DNA of 32,000 nt from Propionibacterium freudenreichii subsp. freudenreichii. GTDB taxonomy: Bacteria > Actinomycetota > Actinomycetes > Propionibacteriales > Propionibacteriaceae. The stretch is taken from assembly GCF_000940845.1 (NCBI RefSeq), contig NZ_CP010341.1, positions 1,020,001-1,052,000 of the forward strand. The letters run 5' to 3'. The notes under the pieces were generated by a model, which made no database searches, was not told the origin of the DNA, and was given only the letters and a program-made list of their open reading frames with translations. Positions within the stretch are counted from its first letter, which is position 1. Every line of letters starts with the position of its first letter. The translations under genes and the position numbers were made by a program. Positions 14,690 to 24,201 of this stretch are shown one piece after another.

Positions 14690-17581
14690 ATGACACAGAC
14701 CACGAGCACGGCCGGGCAGACCGGGCAGAAGCCGGGAGGCCTGCGCGTCTCCCGCGTTTTCAGCCGGCCCGATGTGCATCCCTATGACGAGGTCACCTGG
14801 GAGCGTCGAGATGTGGTGCAGACCAACTGGAAGACCGGTGAGGTCGTCTTCGAGCAGAAGGACGTCGAGTTTCCTGATTTCTGGAGCGTCAACGCCTCCA
14901 CGATCGTCACGACGAAGTACTTCCGCGGTGCCCTGGGAACCGATCAGCGCGAGTCGAGCCTCAAGCAGCTGATCGACCGCGTGGTCAAGAAGTATTCGGC
15001 CACGGGCCTGGCGGAGGGCTATTTCGCCTCCCCGGAGGACGCCGAGGTGTTCGAGCAGGAGCTGACCTGGATGCTCGTGCACCAGTACTTCAGCTTCAAC
15101 TCGCCGGTGTGGTTCAACGTGGGCACCGCGAGCCCGCAACAGGTCAGTGCCTGCTTCATCCTGTCGGTTGATGACTCCATGGAGTCGATCCTCAACTGGT
15201 ACAAGGAGGAGGGCATGATCTTCAAGGGGGGATCGGGCGCCGGCCTCAACCTCTCCCGGATCCGTTCCTCCAAGGAGTTGCTGCGCTCCAGCGGCGGCAC
15301 CGCGTCCGGACCGGTCAGCTTCATGCGGGGCGCCGACGCCTCCGCCGGGACGATCAAGTCCGGTGGGGCCACCCGTCGTGCCGCCAAGATGGTCGTCCTC
15401 GACGTGGATCACCCCGACATCGAGGAATTCGTGGAGACGAAGGCGCGCGAGGAGGACAAGATCCGCGCCCTGCGCGATGCCGGCTTCGACATGGACCTGG
15501 GCGGACGCGACATCACCTCGGTGCAGTACCAGAACGCCAACAACTCGGTGCGTGTCTCCGACGAGTTCATGCAGGCGGTGCAGGACGGCACCCCGTTCGG
15601 CCTCAAGGCCCGCACCACCGGTGAGGTGATCGAGGAGGTCGACGCGAAGGACCTGTGGGGGAAGATCGCCAAGGCCGCCTGGGAGTGCGCCGATCCCGGC
15701 ATGCAGTATGACGGCACGATCAACTCGTGGCACACTACGCCGGAGTCGGGACGCATCAATGCCTCGAACCCCTGCAGTGAGTACATGAGCCTGGACAACA
15801 GCTCCTGCAACCTGGCCAGCCTCAACCTGCTGAAGTTCCTGCGTGACGATGACAGCTTCGACACCGAGTTGTTCACCAAGGCGGTCGAACTCATCATCAC
15901 GGCCATGGACATCTCGATCTGCTTCGCGGATTTCCCGACCGAGGCCATCGGGGACACCACGCGTGACTACCGCCAGCTCGGCATCGGCTATGCGAACCTC
16001 GGTGCGCTGCTGATGGCGCTCGGGAAGGGCTATGACTCCGAGGGCGGTCGTGCCCTGGCGGCGGCCATCACCTCGTTGATGACCGGTACCGCCTACCGTC
16101 GCAGCGCAGAAATGGCCGGCGTCGTGGGGCCCTACAAGGGCTACGCGCGCAACGCCGAGAGCCACCAGCGGGTCATCCGCAAGCACGGCGCAGCCAACGA
16201 GGCGCTCGACAATGTGGCCGCGATCGACACCGAGGTGCGCCGGGCTGCCCAGCATGAGTGGGACAAGGCCGACGTCATGGGGCAGGCCAATGGCTTCCGC
16301 AATGCGCAGGCCTCGGTGCTGGCCCCCACCGGCACCATCGGTTTCATGATGGATTGCGACACCACGGGTATCGAGCCGGACTTCTCGCTGGTCAAGTTCA
16401 AGAAGCTCGTCGGTGGTGGGTCCATGCAGATGGTGAACCACACCGTGGAGCGGGCCCTGACGAATCTGGGCTATGACGCCACCACCCGTCAGTCGATCGT
16501 CGACTACGTGGCTGAGAAGGGCAATGTCGTGGGTGCCCCCGGCCTGCGGGAGGCCGACTACGAGGTCTTCGACACCGCCATGGGCGTGCGGGCCATTGCC
16601 CCGATGGGCCATGTGCGCATGATGGCTGCGGTGCAGCCCTTCCTGTCGGGCGCCATCTCCAAGACCGTGAACCTTCCGGAGAGCGCCACCGTCGAGGAAA
16701 TCGCCGACGTCTACATGCAGGGTTGGAAGCTCGGCCTCAAGGCCCTGGCCGTCTACCGCGACAACTGCAAGGTCGGCCAGCCCCTGAGCAGTGGCAATCA
16801 GGGCAAGGACGACAACAAGTCGACGACCGATCAGGCCAAGCCCGAGGTGCGCGTCGAATATCGCCCGCGTCGTCGCCGCCTGCCCAAGAGCCGCGCCGGT
16901 CGCACGACGAGCTTCTCCGTGGCCGGTGCCGAGGGCTATATGACCACCGGCGCCTACTCCGAGGGCCAACTCGGTGAGATCTTCCTCAAGCTCGGCAAGC
17001 AGGGCTCCACGTTGTCGGGTGTGATGGATGCCTTCTCGATCGCCGTGTCCATCGGCCTGCAATACGGTGTGCCGTTGGAGAGCTTCGTGCAGAAGTTCAC
17101 CAACCTGAAGTTCGAGCCTGCCGGCATGACCGACGACCCCGACATCCGCATCGCCCAGTCGATCCTCGACTATGTCTTCCGCCGCCTGGCGCTGGACTAC
17201 CTCGACTTCGACGAGCGCGGCGAGCTGGGCATCTACACCGCCGACGAGCGTGCCCACTACGTGGAGACGGGTTCCTATCTGTCGGAGGAGGACGAGGCAT
17301 CATTGCCCGAGAGCGAACAGCTGAAGAACGACGCCGGGGATGACCTGAAGGTCGACCAGGCCGGCGCGCACCAGCCGAGCCTGATCGATGCGGCAGATGT
17401 GCGCCCGGTGGAGGTCGAATCCTCTGACGGCCATGCACCGCACACCACCACCGAGATGATGGAGGACATCATCGGGCAGGCCTTCGATGCACCGCTGTGC
17501 ATGACCTGCGGTTCCAAGATGCGTCCGAGCGGATCCTGCTACGTCTGCGAGAGCTGCGGCTCGACCAGCGGCTGCAGCTGA
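14690..17581 (+). CDS. nrdJ: Adenosylcobalamin-dependent (class II) ribonucleotide reductase NrdJ
   Basis: N-terminus RVFSRPDVHPYDEVTWERRDVV...TKYFRG. Active-site region SACFIL and NPCSEY. C-terminal Cys-rich tail CMTCGSKMRPSGSCYVCESCGSTSGC, as in long actinobacterial NrdJ. AAGAGAGG SD upstream. Total 963 aa. Confidence 0.93.
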   Translation: MTQTTSTAGQTGQKPGGLRVSRVFSRPDVHPYDEVTWERRDVVQTNWKTGEVVFEQKDVEFPDFWSVNASTIVTTKYFRGALGTDQRESSLKQLIDRVVKKYSATGLAEGYFASPEDAEVFEQELTWMLVHQYFSFNSPVWFNVGTASPQQVSACFILSVDDSMESILNWYKEEGMIFKGGSGAGLNLSRIRSSKELLRSSGGTASGPVSFMRGADASAGTIKSGGATRRAAKMVVLDVDHPDIEEFVETKAREEDKIRALRDAGFDMDLGGRDITSVQYQNANNSVRVSDEFMQAVQDGTPFGLKARTTGEVIEEVDAKDLWGKIAKAAWECADPGMQYDGTINSWHTTPESGRINASNPCSEYMSLDNSSCNLASLNLLKFLRDDDSFDTELFTKAVELIITAMDISICFADFPTEAIGDTTRDYRQLGIGYANLGALLMALGKGYDSEGGRALAAAITSLMTGTAYRRSAEMAGVVGPYKGYARNAESHQRVIRKHGAANEALDNVAAIDTEVRRAAQHEWDKADVMGQANGFRNAQASVLAPTGTIGFMMDCDTTGIEPDFSLVKFKKLVGGGSMQMVNHTVERALTNLGYDATTRQSIVDYVAEKGNVVGAPGLREADYEVFDTAMGVRAIAPMGHVRMMAAVQPFLSGAISKTVNLPESATVEEIADVYMQGWKLGLKALAVYRDNCKVGQPLSSGNQGKDDNKSTTDQAKPEVRVEYRPRRRRLPKSRAGRTTSFSVAGAEGYMTTGAYSEGQLGEIFLKLGKQGSTLSGVMDAFSIAVSIGLQYGVPLESFVQKFTNLKFEPAGMTDDPDIRIAQSILDYVFRRLALDYLDFDERGELGIYTADERAHYVETGSYLSEEDEASLPESEQLKNDAGDDLKVDQAGAHQPSLIDAADVRPVEVESSDGHAPHTTTEMMEDIIGQAFDAPLCMTCGSKMRPSGSCYVCESCGSTSGCS

Positions 17582-17625
17582 TCCGCCGGCAGCGCCGGTT
17601 GCCGACCGGGTAGCCCAGTGCACGA

Positions 17626-17670
17626 CATGGCAGGGCCCCGACCACTTCACGTGGTCGGGGCCCTGCCATG
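17626..17670. terminator. Bidirectional intrinsic-terminator-type hairpin between convergent nrdJ and the patatin-like gene
   Basis: A perfect 20-bp inverted repeat: CATGGCAGGGCCCCGACCAC (17626..17645) pairs with GTGGTCGGGGCCCTGCCATG (17651..17670), with a 5-nt loop TTCAC. There is no long U-tract, which is common in actinobacteria. Confidence 0.75.
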
Positions 17671-17689
17671 TCCCTGCGGGGGTCGGTGC

Positions 17690-18613
17690 TCAGCGGTCCG
17701 CCTCGGCCAGTGGCGCAGGCTCCACGCCGAGGAATTCTGCGATGTCCGGCAGCTCGTGGGCCGCCTGGCGCAATCCGGCGCGGTAGGACTCCCTGAGGCG
17801 GCCGACGTCACGCTCCACATTGCTCACCGGCATCGTCTGCGGCACGAACAGGTACGCATGGCCATCTGCTTGCAGGTCAAACAGTTCCTCGCGTGTGGCG
17901 TTGTACCCCAGATGCCGGTGGACCAGCGCATCGATGACGGCAGGATGACGGTGGAACATGGCCCGGTAGATCGCCAGCTGGGCCCGGTCCGGGGGAGTCT
18001 TGACGTAGTCGCGTTCCCGGGTCAGCACCACCAGGAATTTGTCGAAGCCGGCGTCCTGCGCCCGGTCCAGCGCGATCCCACCGTTCGGCCCCAACGCCCC
18101 GTCCACATAGTCGGTACCCCCGATCGTCACCGGCGGCATGAGGCCCGGCATCGTCGAGGAGACCCGGACCCGACGCATCAGATCGGGCATGGTGGGCATG
18201 TCCGCCTTGGTGAACCAGACCTGCTCGCCGGTGTCCATCCGTACGGCAGCGACATTGGCCCGGGCCGGATTGTCCACGAAGGTGGCCCAGTCGAAGGGAA
18301 GCGCCTGATCGGGGCCGCCGGTCTGCTCATAGATGTACTTCGCATCGAACCAGCCGCGGCCATGCACCAGACTGCCCAGGCCCCCGAACCGCCGATCTCC
18401 CACGAAATCGACGAAGGAGCGCCGCGCGCGCAGGGGATCGCGCGAGATGTAGTTCGCCGTATTCGACGCGCCCGCCGAGATCCCCGCCACCCAGTCGATG
18501 TGGATGCCTGCCTCCAGCAGTGCGACGGCCACGGCTGCGGTGTAACTGGCGCGCATGCCACCCCCTTCGAAGATCAGGGCGGTATGCAGGACATTGCTGT
18601 GGAGGTGGGGCAT
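17690..18613 (-). CDS. Patatin-like phospholipase/lipid acyl hydrolase
   Basis: Oxyanion motif FEGGGMRASY, nucleophile elbow GISAGA (GxSxG), catalytic Asp motif VDGALGPNGG. ATG at 18613 (MPHLHSNVLHTALIFEGGG) is preferred. The track ORF extension to 18787 adds a Trp/Arg-rich non-homologous peptide and would overlap the glpA promoter region. Confidence 0.85.
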   Translation of the reverse strand: MPHLHSNVLHTALIFEGGGMRASYTAAVAVALLEAGIHIDWVAGISAGASNTANYISRDPLRARRSFVDFVGDRRFGGLGSLVHGRGWFDAKYIYEQTGGPDQALPFDWATFVDNPARANVAAVRMDTGEQVWFTKADMPTMPDLMRRVRVSSTMPGLMPPVTIGGTDYVDGALGPNGGIALDRAQDAGFDKFLVVLTRERDYVKTPPDRAQLAIYRAMFHRHPAVIDALVHRHLGYNATREELFDLQADGHAYLFVPQTMPVSNVERDVGRLRESYRAGLRQAAHELPDIAEFLGVEPAPLAEADR

Positions 18614-18822
18614 GCACCAAGTCTCGCCCACGGGCCCTCCCCGGGTGCAAACGCGCTCGGATGGTGTTCGGTGGGACCATCGCATTCGACTGCGGGTATT
18701 GGTCCAACCAATCCACCACATAGTGCACATCCGGGCAGCTGCATGGCCCTGTGCGTGCGATCCCCATAGTGTGGCAACACGGGCCATTGCGTCGGTGCGA
18801 TGGCCAATGCAGGGAGGTTGTC

Positions 18823-20451
18823 ATGGCGGACATGTCTGTGGACGTCGTCGTAATCGGCGGCGGTGCCACGGGGACTGGGGTGGCACGCGATGTCGCGATG
18901 CGAGGGTTCAGCGTGGTGCTTGTCGACCGCGCCGACCTGGCGCAGGGCACGACGGGGCGTTACCACGGCCTACTTCACTCGGGCGGGCGATATGTGATCT
19001 CCGATCCCGAATCAGCGCGCGAGTGCGCTGAGGAGAATGCGATCATCACGCGGATCCACGCCAATGCGGTGGAGCAGACCGGCGGCCTGTTCGTGGTGAC
19101 CCCCGAGGACTCCGAGGAATACTCCGATGGGTTCATGGCGGGGGCCGAGAAGGCCGACATGCCCGCCGAGGAGATCAGCGTGGCCCAGGCACTGGCGCGT
19201 GAGCCCCGCCTGAACAAGGGCATCAAGCGGGCCTTCGCCGTGTGCGACGGCACCGTCGACGGTTGGGCCATGGTGTGGGGCGCCGCAGAGTCCGCCAAGG
19301 AACACGGCGCCACGATCCTCACCTACCACCAGGTGGACAAGATCCATCGCGTCGGTGACCAGATCACCGGTGTGGAATGCGTCGACCGCAAGGCGGGCGG
19401 GCGCTTGTCGATCGACTGCCGCTTCGTGATCAACGCCGGGGGCCCTTGGGCGGGTCACATCGCCGAGATGGCCGGCTGCCACGACGTGGAGGTCGTGCCC
19501 GGTCGCGGCATCATGATCGCCATGAACCATCGCCTGGTGAACACGGTGGTCAACCGCTGCATCAAGCCCGCCGATGGCGACATCATCGTTCCGGTGCACA
19601 CCGTGGCCATCGTCGGGACCACCGACGTGAAGGCCGACGATCCCGATCGACTTCCCATCCCGCGCAACGAGGTCCAGCAGATGTTGGACTCCGGCGAGGC
19701 GCTGGTCCCCGGATTCCGCCAGGCCCGGGCGGTGCATGCCTGGGCCGGCGCACGCCCGCTGGTCAAGGACAACCGGGTTTCCGCCGGCGACACCCGCCAC
19801 ATGAGCCGCGGCATGGCCGTGTTGGACCATCAGGAACGCGATGGGGTCAATGGCCTGCTCACCATCAGCGGCGGCAAGCTCACGACCTACCGCCTGATGG
19901 CCAAGCGCATCGTCGACATCATGTGCGAGGAGCTCGGGGAGGACCGCCGCTGCACCACCGACCAGGAGGTCGTGCCGACGGCCCGCCACCAGCACACCTA
20001 CCGGGTGACCCACCGACTGGAGGAGCGTGACCACGGCTTCCAGAAGGACCAGATCATCTGCGAGTGCGAGCTGATGAGCCGCGAGATGTTCGTGGACCTG
20101 GCAGAAGAGAACCCGCACGCCACGCTGGACGACCTGCGTCGCCGGCTGCGGTTGGGCATGGGTCCCTGTCAGGGCGGCTTCTGTTCCTCGCGGGCCGCCG
20201 GACTGTTGTGCTCCTCCGGCATCCAGGATTCCGCCGAGGCCACCGAGGAACTGCGCGAATTCCTCAAGCACCGCTGGATCGGCCTGTGGCCCATCGTGGC
20301 CGGCGCCCAGGTGCGCCAGACAGCGCTCGATGAGTGGATTGCCCGCGGCACCCTCGACATCGACCACGCCCCGGGTACGCAGAATCCGCCGGAACGCTAT
20401 CCGGTGGGCGCAGGGGCCAACGGCACTGAGAACGCGGAGGTTGCACGATGA
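18823..20451 (+). CDS. glpA: Anaerobic glycerol-3-phosphate dehydrogenase subunit A
   Basis: AGGGAGG lies at 18811..18817. FAD fold VDVVVIGGGATGTGVARD. C-terminal BFD-like 2Fe-2S cysteines (ICECELM...GMGPCQGGFC). The track start at 18751 is rejected. Confidence 0.9.
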   Translation: MADMSVDVVVIGGGATGTGVARDVAMRGFSVVLVDRADLAQGTTGRYHGLLHSGGRYVISDPESARECAEENAIITRIHANAVEQTGGLFVVTPEDSEEYSDGFMAGAEKADMPAEEISVAQALAREPRLNKGIKRAFAVCDGTVDGWAMVWGAAESAKEHGATILTYHQVDKIHRVGDQITGVECVDRKAGGRLSIDCRFVINAGGPWAGHIAEMAGCHDVEVVPGRGIMIAMNHRLVNTVVNRCIKPADGDIIVPVHTVAIVGTTDVKADDPDRLPIPRNEVQQMLDSGEALVPGFRQARAVHAWAGARPLVKDNRVSAGDTRHMSRGMAVLDHQERDGVNGLLTISGGKLTTYRLMAKRIVDIMCEELGEDRRCTTDQEVVPTARHQHTYRVTHRLEERDHGFQKDQIICECELMSREMFVDLAEENPHATLDDLRRRLRLGMGPCQGGFCSSRAAGLLCSSGIQDSAEATEELREFLKHRWIGLWPIVAGAQVRQTALDEWIARGTLDIDHAPGTQNPPERYPVGAGANGTENAEVAR

Positions 20452-21758
20452 GGGACGTCGTAGTCATCGGGGCAGGCCTGTCGGGCCTGCTGGCCGCGAT
20501 CCGGCTGCGCCGGGCCGGCCTGGCCGTCACCATGGTTCACAAGGGCAGGGGCGGCCTCCAACTGGGCCAGGGCACCATCGACCTGTTGGGATACCGACCC
20601 GACCGGGTCGCCCGTCCGCTCGACGAGTTGGACGACTTCCTGGCCGTCCAGCATCGCGACAATGACATCACCCATCCCTACGCGCACATCGGCGTCGATG
20701 CCATCCGCGAGGGTGCGGAGTACCTGGCCGAACTACTCGGCGAGGGATTCCTGATGGGCGATCCTGCGGTCAACGTGGCACTGCCGACGGCCATCGGGGC
20801 CCTGCGTCCCACGGCGCTGTACCAGCCGTCGATGGCAGAGGGCGTCATCAGCCTCGATCCCGCCACGCCCGGTGCGCTGCATGATGGTTCGAAGCTGGTC
20901 GTGGTCGGCATCCGGGAGTTCAAGGACTTCACCCCCGAACTGATCGCCGGCAACCTGGAACGCACCGAGCTCCCCGCAGGGGGCCATCTGCAGGCCCGCG
21001 CAGCGTGGGTGAGCTTCCCGGCCCGCAAGGGCGAGGTCGACTCGACCGGGCTCAACATCGCCCGCGCGCTGGACGACCCCAACCGTCGCGGTGCACTGGT
21101 GCGCCAGCTCAAGAAGCTCGTGGAGCACGGCGAGACCATCGCCCTGCCCGCCGTGCTCGGCGACGAGGACCCGGGCGCGTTCGCCGACATCCGCCGACAG
21201 GTGGGCAGCCCCCTCTTCGAGATCCCGGTGCCCCCGCCCAGCGTGCCGGGGATGCGCCTCAATGATGAACTGATCCGCCATGCGAAGCGTGAGCGGGTGG
21301 AGATCATCCTGGGCAGCAAGGTCACGGGGGCCGACGCCACCGACGGCCACCTTGATGCGGCCGTGGTGGGTACCTCGGGCCATGACACGCACCTGAAGGC
21401 CAGGACCTTCCTCCTGGCGGCCGGAGGCTTCGAGTCGGGGACCCTGGAACTGGATTCCTACCAGAAGCTGTCGGAAACGATCCTCGGACTTCCGCTGGCG
21501 GTGCCGGCCGGAGAACTGATCAATGACACCTGGGCCGGCCAGCAGCCGCTGTTCCGTGCAGGTGTCGCCACCAACGACGACATGGTCGTGGTCGATCCGG
21601 CAACGGGTCAGCCCGTCCATGACAATCTCTGGGCCGCTGGCGGCGTGCTGGCCGGTGCCCAACGGTGGGACGAGAAGACCGGTGACGGCATTGCCGTGGC
21701 CAGCGCAGTACGCGCCGCTGATGCGATCATCAGCAATCTTGCGGGAGGACAGCGATGA
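20448..21758 (+). CDS. glpB: Anaerobic glycerol-3-phosphate dehydrogenase subunit B
   Basis: ATGA overlap with glpA. N-terminal dinucleotide fold DVVVIGAGLSGLLAA, then GGLQLGQGTIDLLGY. Its position between glpA and glpC fits glpB. Confidence 0.85.
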   Translation: MRDVVVIGAGLSGLLAAIRLRRAGLAVTMVHKGRGGLQLGQGTIDLLGYRPDRVARPLDELDDFLAVQHRDNDITHPYAHIGVDAIREGAEYLAELLGEGFLMGDPAVNVALPTAIGALRPTALYQPSMAEGVISLDPATPGALHDGSKLVVVGIREFKDFTPELIAGNLERTELPAGGHLQARAAWVSFPARKGEVDSTGLNIARALDDPNRRGALVRQLKKLVEHGETIALPAVLGDEDPGAFADIRRQVGSPLFEIPVPPPSVPGMRLNDELIRHAKRERVEIILGSKVTGADATDGHLDAAVVGTSGHDTHLKARTFLLAAGGFESGTLELDSYQKLSETILGLPLAVPAGELINDTWAGQQPLFRAGVATNDDMVVVDPATGQPVHDNLWAAGGVLAGAQRWDEKTGDGIAVASAVRAADAIISNLAGGQR

Positions 21759-23146
21759 CCGAGCTGAAGAACACCGAAGCATCCGTCGAGGCCGACGAGG
21801 AGTCGCGCGTGCAGGACCGACCCGGGAGCCTCGGCCCGGGGGCCACGGTCTGGGAGCACCTGGCCCAGGTCAGTCCCCGGATCAAGAACAATCCGAACAC
21901 CTATGAGGCGCAGCAGCTCAATCGGGCCTCGCTGGACCAGTGCGTCAAGTGCACGATCTGTGAGACGCAGTGTCCGGTGGCCAAGGCCACCCCGCTGTTC
22001 AGCGGACCCAAGTTCGTCGGCCCGCAGGCGGAGCGGTTCCGCAATGGCGAGTCGGTGGATCACACGCTCGACTACTGCTCCAGCTGCGGCATCTGCACGC
22101 TGGACTGCCCCCAGGGCGTGCGCATCGCCGAACTCAACTCGATGGCGCGCGCCGTGATGAAGCAGGGCCACATGCCCCTGCGCGACCGCATCATCACCCA
22201 GACCGAGCTCGAGGGCAAGCTGCTCACCCCGTTCGCCCCCGTGGCCAACTGGGCACTCAAGCAGAAGCCGATCCGGGTGGCCGTCGAGAAGGTCGTCGGC
22301 GTGCACCGCAATGCCCCCATGCCCGTGGCCCAGAGCCAGAGCGTCCAGGGCTGGCTGAAGAAGCGCAAGGGACCCGCGGCCCGCCGGCCCGGACAGCCCG
22401 ACCGCGGTCCGGTGGTCTTCTTCACCGGATGCGCCGGCAGCTACTTCGAGGTGGAGACCTCCAAGAAGACGATCGAGGTGCTCGAGCACCTGGGCTTCGA
22501 GGTCCTGGTACCCAAGCAGGGCTGCTGCGGATTGGCCGAACAGTCGAACGGCCTGTTCAACGGCGCCCGCGCCCATGTGCGCAAGCTGTGCGCCCAGCTC
22601 AACGCCGCCGGCAAGGACCTCACGATCATCTCCAGCTCGGGTTCCTGCGCGGGAATGATCAAGCACGAGGCCCACGAGATCATGGGCGTCGATGACCCCG
22701 AGGTGATGAGCGTCGGCACGAGGATGCGTGAGACGAGCGAGTTCCTGCTGGAGATGTACGACGAGGGTCAGCTGCCCACCGATTTCGTGCGGATCGACAT
22801 GAAGCTTCCCTACCATGCGCCGTGCCAGGTGAAGAGCCAGGGCATGGGCATGCCGGCGATCCGGCTGATGGAGCTGGTGCCCGGCATCGAGGTCGTCGAG
22901 TCCGGGGAGAACTGCTGCGGCATCGCCGGCACCTACGGCTTGAAGAAGGAGAAGTACGACGTGGCCCAGGAAGTGGGCAAGAACCTCTTCCGGAAGGTGA
23001 AGGAGACCAACGACAAGTTGGCGGTCTGCGACACCGAGACCTGCCGCTGGCAGATCCGCAACTCAACCGGCGTGCCCACCGTGCATCCCATCCACGTGAT
23101 CCACGCCGCCTATGGACTGTCGAGCATCCACAGCCCCCAGGTCTGA
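21755..23146 (+). CDS. glpC: Anaerobic glycerol-3-phosphate dehydrogenase subunit C (Fe-S/CCG-domain subunit)
   Basis: ATGA overlap with glpB. Two ferredoxin-type clusters are present (CVKCTICETQCP and CSSCGICTLDCP). Two CCG-domain motifs are present (GCCGLAEQ and NCCGIAGTYG). Confidence 0.88.
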   Translation: MTELKNTEASVEADEESRVQDRPGSLGPGATVWEHLAQVSPRIKNNPNTYEAQQLNRASLDQCVKCTICETQCPVAKATPLFSGPKFVGPQAERFRNGESVDHTLDYCSSCGICTLDCPQGVRIAELNSMARAVMKQGHMPLRDRIITQTELEGKLLTPFAPVANWALKQKPIRVAVEKVVGVHRNAPMPVAQSQSVQGWLKKRKGPAARRPGQPDRGPVVFFTGCAGSYFEVETSKKTIEVLEHLGFEVLVPKQGCCGLAEQSNGLFNGARAHVRKLCAQLNAAGKDLTIISSSGSCAGMIKHEAHEIMGVDDPEVMSVGTRMRETSEFLLEMYDEGQLPTDFVRIDMKLPYHAPCQVKSQGMGMPAIRLMELVPGIEVVESGENCCGIAGTYGLKKEKYDVAQEVGKNLFRKVKETNDKLAVCDTETCRWQIRNSTGVPTVHPIHVIHAAYGLSSIHSPQV

Positions 23147-23162
23147 GTTCAACCTGTTGGAC

Positions 23163-23207
23163 ATGGGAAGGGTCCGGCCCCCGCAAGGGGAGCCGGACCC
23201 TTCCCAT
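23163..23207. terminator. Bidirectional hairpin between convergent glpC and the SorC-family regulator
   Basis: A perfect 16-bp inverted repeat: ATGGGAAGGGTCCGGC (23163..23178) pairs with GCCGGACCCTTCCCAT (23192..23207). The 13-nt loop can pair further (CCCC-GCAA-GGGG). Confidence 0.7.
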
Positions 23208-23227
23208 CTGTCGATGCGGCAGACCGG

Positions 23228-24196
23228 TTACTGCGACAGGTCCAGGGCGACCCGGGCCGTCTTCTCGTCCACCACCAGGTCGGTCATCACCTGGGCGCGC
23301 AGCGCGGCCACCAGGGCACGGGCCTTGCCGACCCCGGCAACCACGCCCAGGCGGCGGGGGATCCTTCGTAGCTGTAGGGGAGTGGGACCCGAGGCCCGCG
23401 TGTTCAACGCGATATCGGCCCAGCTCCCGTCCTGGCGCAGCAGGACCGTGCAGACATCTCCCACGACGTGATCGCGGCTGAGTTCCGCGCGGGCCTCATC
23501 ATCCAGGTACCCGGAGGAATACACATGGCTGGGCAGTCCGCCGGCCACCGATCCGACACCGAAGACCGCCAGGCCGCACTGCAATTGCATCTCGCGCACC
23601 CGGGCGATCGAGCGTTCGCGCCACAGGGCCTCGCGCGTCTCCGCATAATCGAAGAAGGCCGGCACCGGGAACAACAGCGATTCGGCGTCATAGGCCTGGG
23701 CGAAACGGGACATGATGTTCGACACATAGTCGATGCCGGTGGTGCGGTCATTGGCGGCTCCGTTGAGCTGCACCAGGGTGACGCCGTTGACCGGCTTCGA
23801 CTGCAGGTGGGCGGTCACCGCGGCAATCGTGGTGCCCCAGGCGATACCGAGCATGGTGCCGTCCTGGACGGCCTCGCCCAGGACGCTCGCCGCGACCCTG
23901 GCCACCCGGTCGAGGCGACCGACATCCGACACCGCATCCTTCATCGTCACCACGTGGGCATTGACGCCGAAACGACGTTGCAGCATGTCCTCCAGTGCCG
24001 AATGCGCGCCACGTGGATGGGTCAGGGTGATGCGAACCACACCGGTATCGCGGGCCAGCTTTATGTGCCGGGAAACCGTGGAGCGTGAGACACCGAGCTG
24101 GTGGGCGATCGCATCCATGGACTCCCCCTGCACGTAATACAACAATGCCGTGCGATACAGATCGTCCTCGCGTTCAGCCATCGTCCCCACTTTCAT
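23228..24196 (-). CDS. SorC/DeoR(Bsu)-family sugar-phosphate-binding transcriptional regulator
   Basis: N-terminal HTH LYRTALLYYVQGESMDAIAHQLGVSRSTVSRHIKLARDTGVVRI resembles the B. subtilis DeoR/SorC N-terminus. A C-terminal effector-binding domain of about 250 aa follows. An alternative start lies at 24181 (MAERED...). Confidence 0.85.
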   Translation of the reverse strand: MKVGTMAEREDDLYRTALLYYVQGESMDAIAHQLGVSRSTVSRHIKLARDTGVVRITLTHPRGAHSALEDMLQRRFGVNAHVVTMKDAVSDVGRLDRVARVAASVLGEAVQDGTMLGIAWGTTIAAVTAHLQSKPVNGVTLVQLNGAANDRTTGIDYVSNIMSRFAQAYDAESLLFPVPAFFDYAETREALWRERSIARVREMQLQCGLAVFGVGSVAGGLPSHVYSSGYLDDEARAELSRDHVVGDVCTVLLRQDGSWADIALNTRASGPTPLQLRRIPRRLGVVAGVGKARALVAALRAQVMTDLVVDEKTARVALDLSQ

Positions 24197-24201
24197 TCGT
24201 C

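Noticed and set aside
14576-17257. An 893-aa minus-strand ORF antisense to nrdJ. Similar long antisense ORFs lie at 4569..6251, 7994..9463, 2405..3757, 19012..20367, 21608..22816, 25832..26518 and 30664..31830.
   Set aside because: All lie opposite genes with unambiguous family motifs. All have shadow-frame composition (Arg/His/Gly/Asp/Leu-rich, motif-free). Stop-codon depletion in GC-rich DNA explains their length.
17690-18613. The patatin-like protein considered as a CBASS/defence-island effector (CapV-like).
   Set aside because: No cyclase, E1/E2/JAB, sensor or other defence gene lies adjacent. The neighbours are housekeeping or metabolic genes (nrdJ, glpABC). A metabolic lipase role is more parsimonious.
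18614-18822. By-eye promoter and operator calls in the patatin/glpA intergenic region (TAGTGT -10-like hexamer, CATAGTG direct repeats, ATTGG-N5-CCAAT).
   Set aside because: The motifs are short and could occur by chance. They are mentioned in a finding as candidates but not listed as features.
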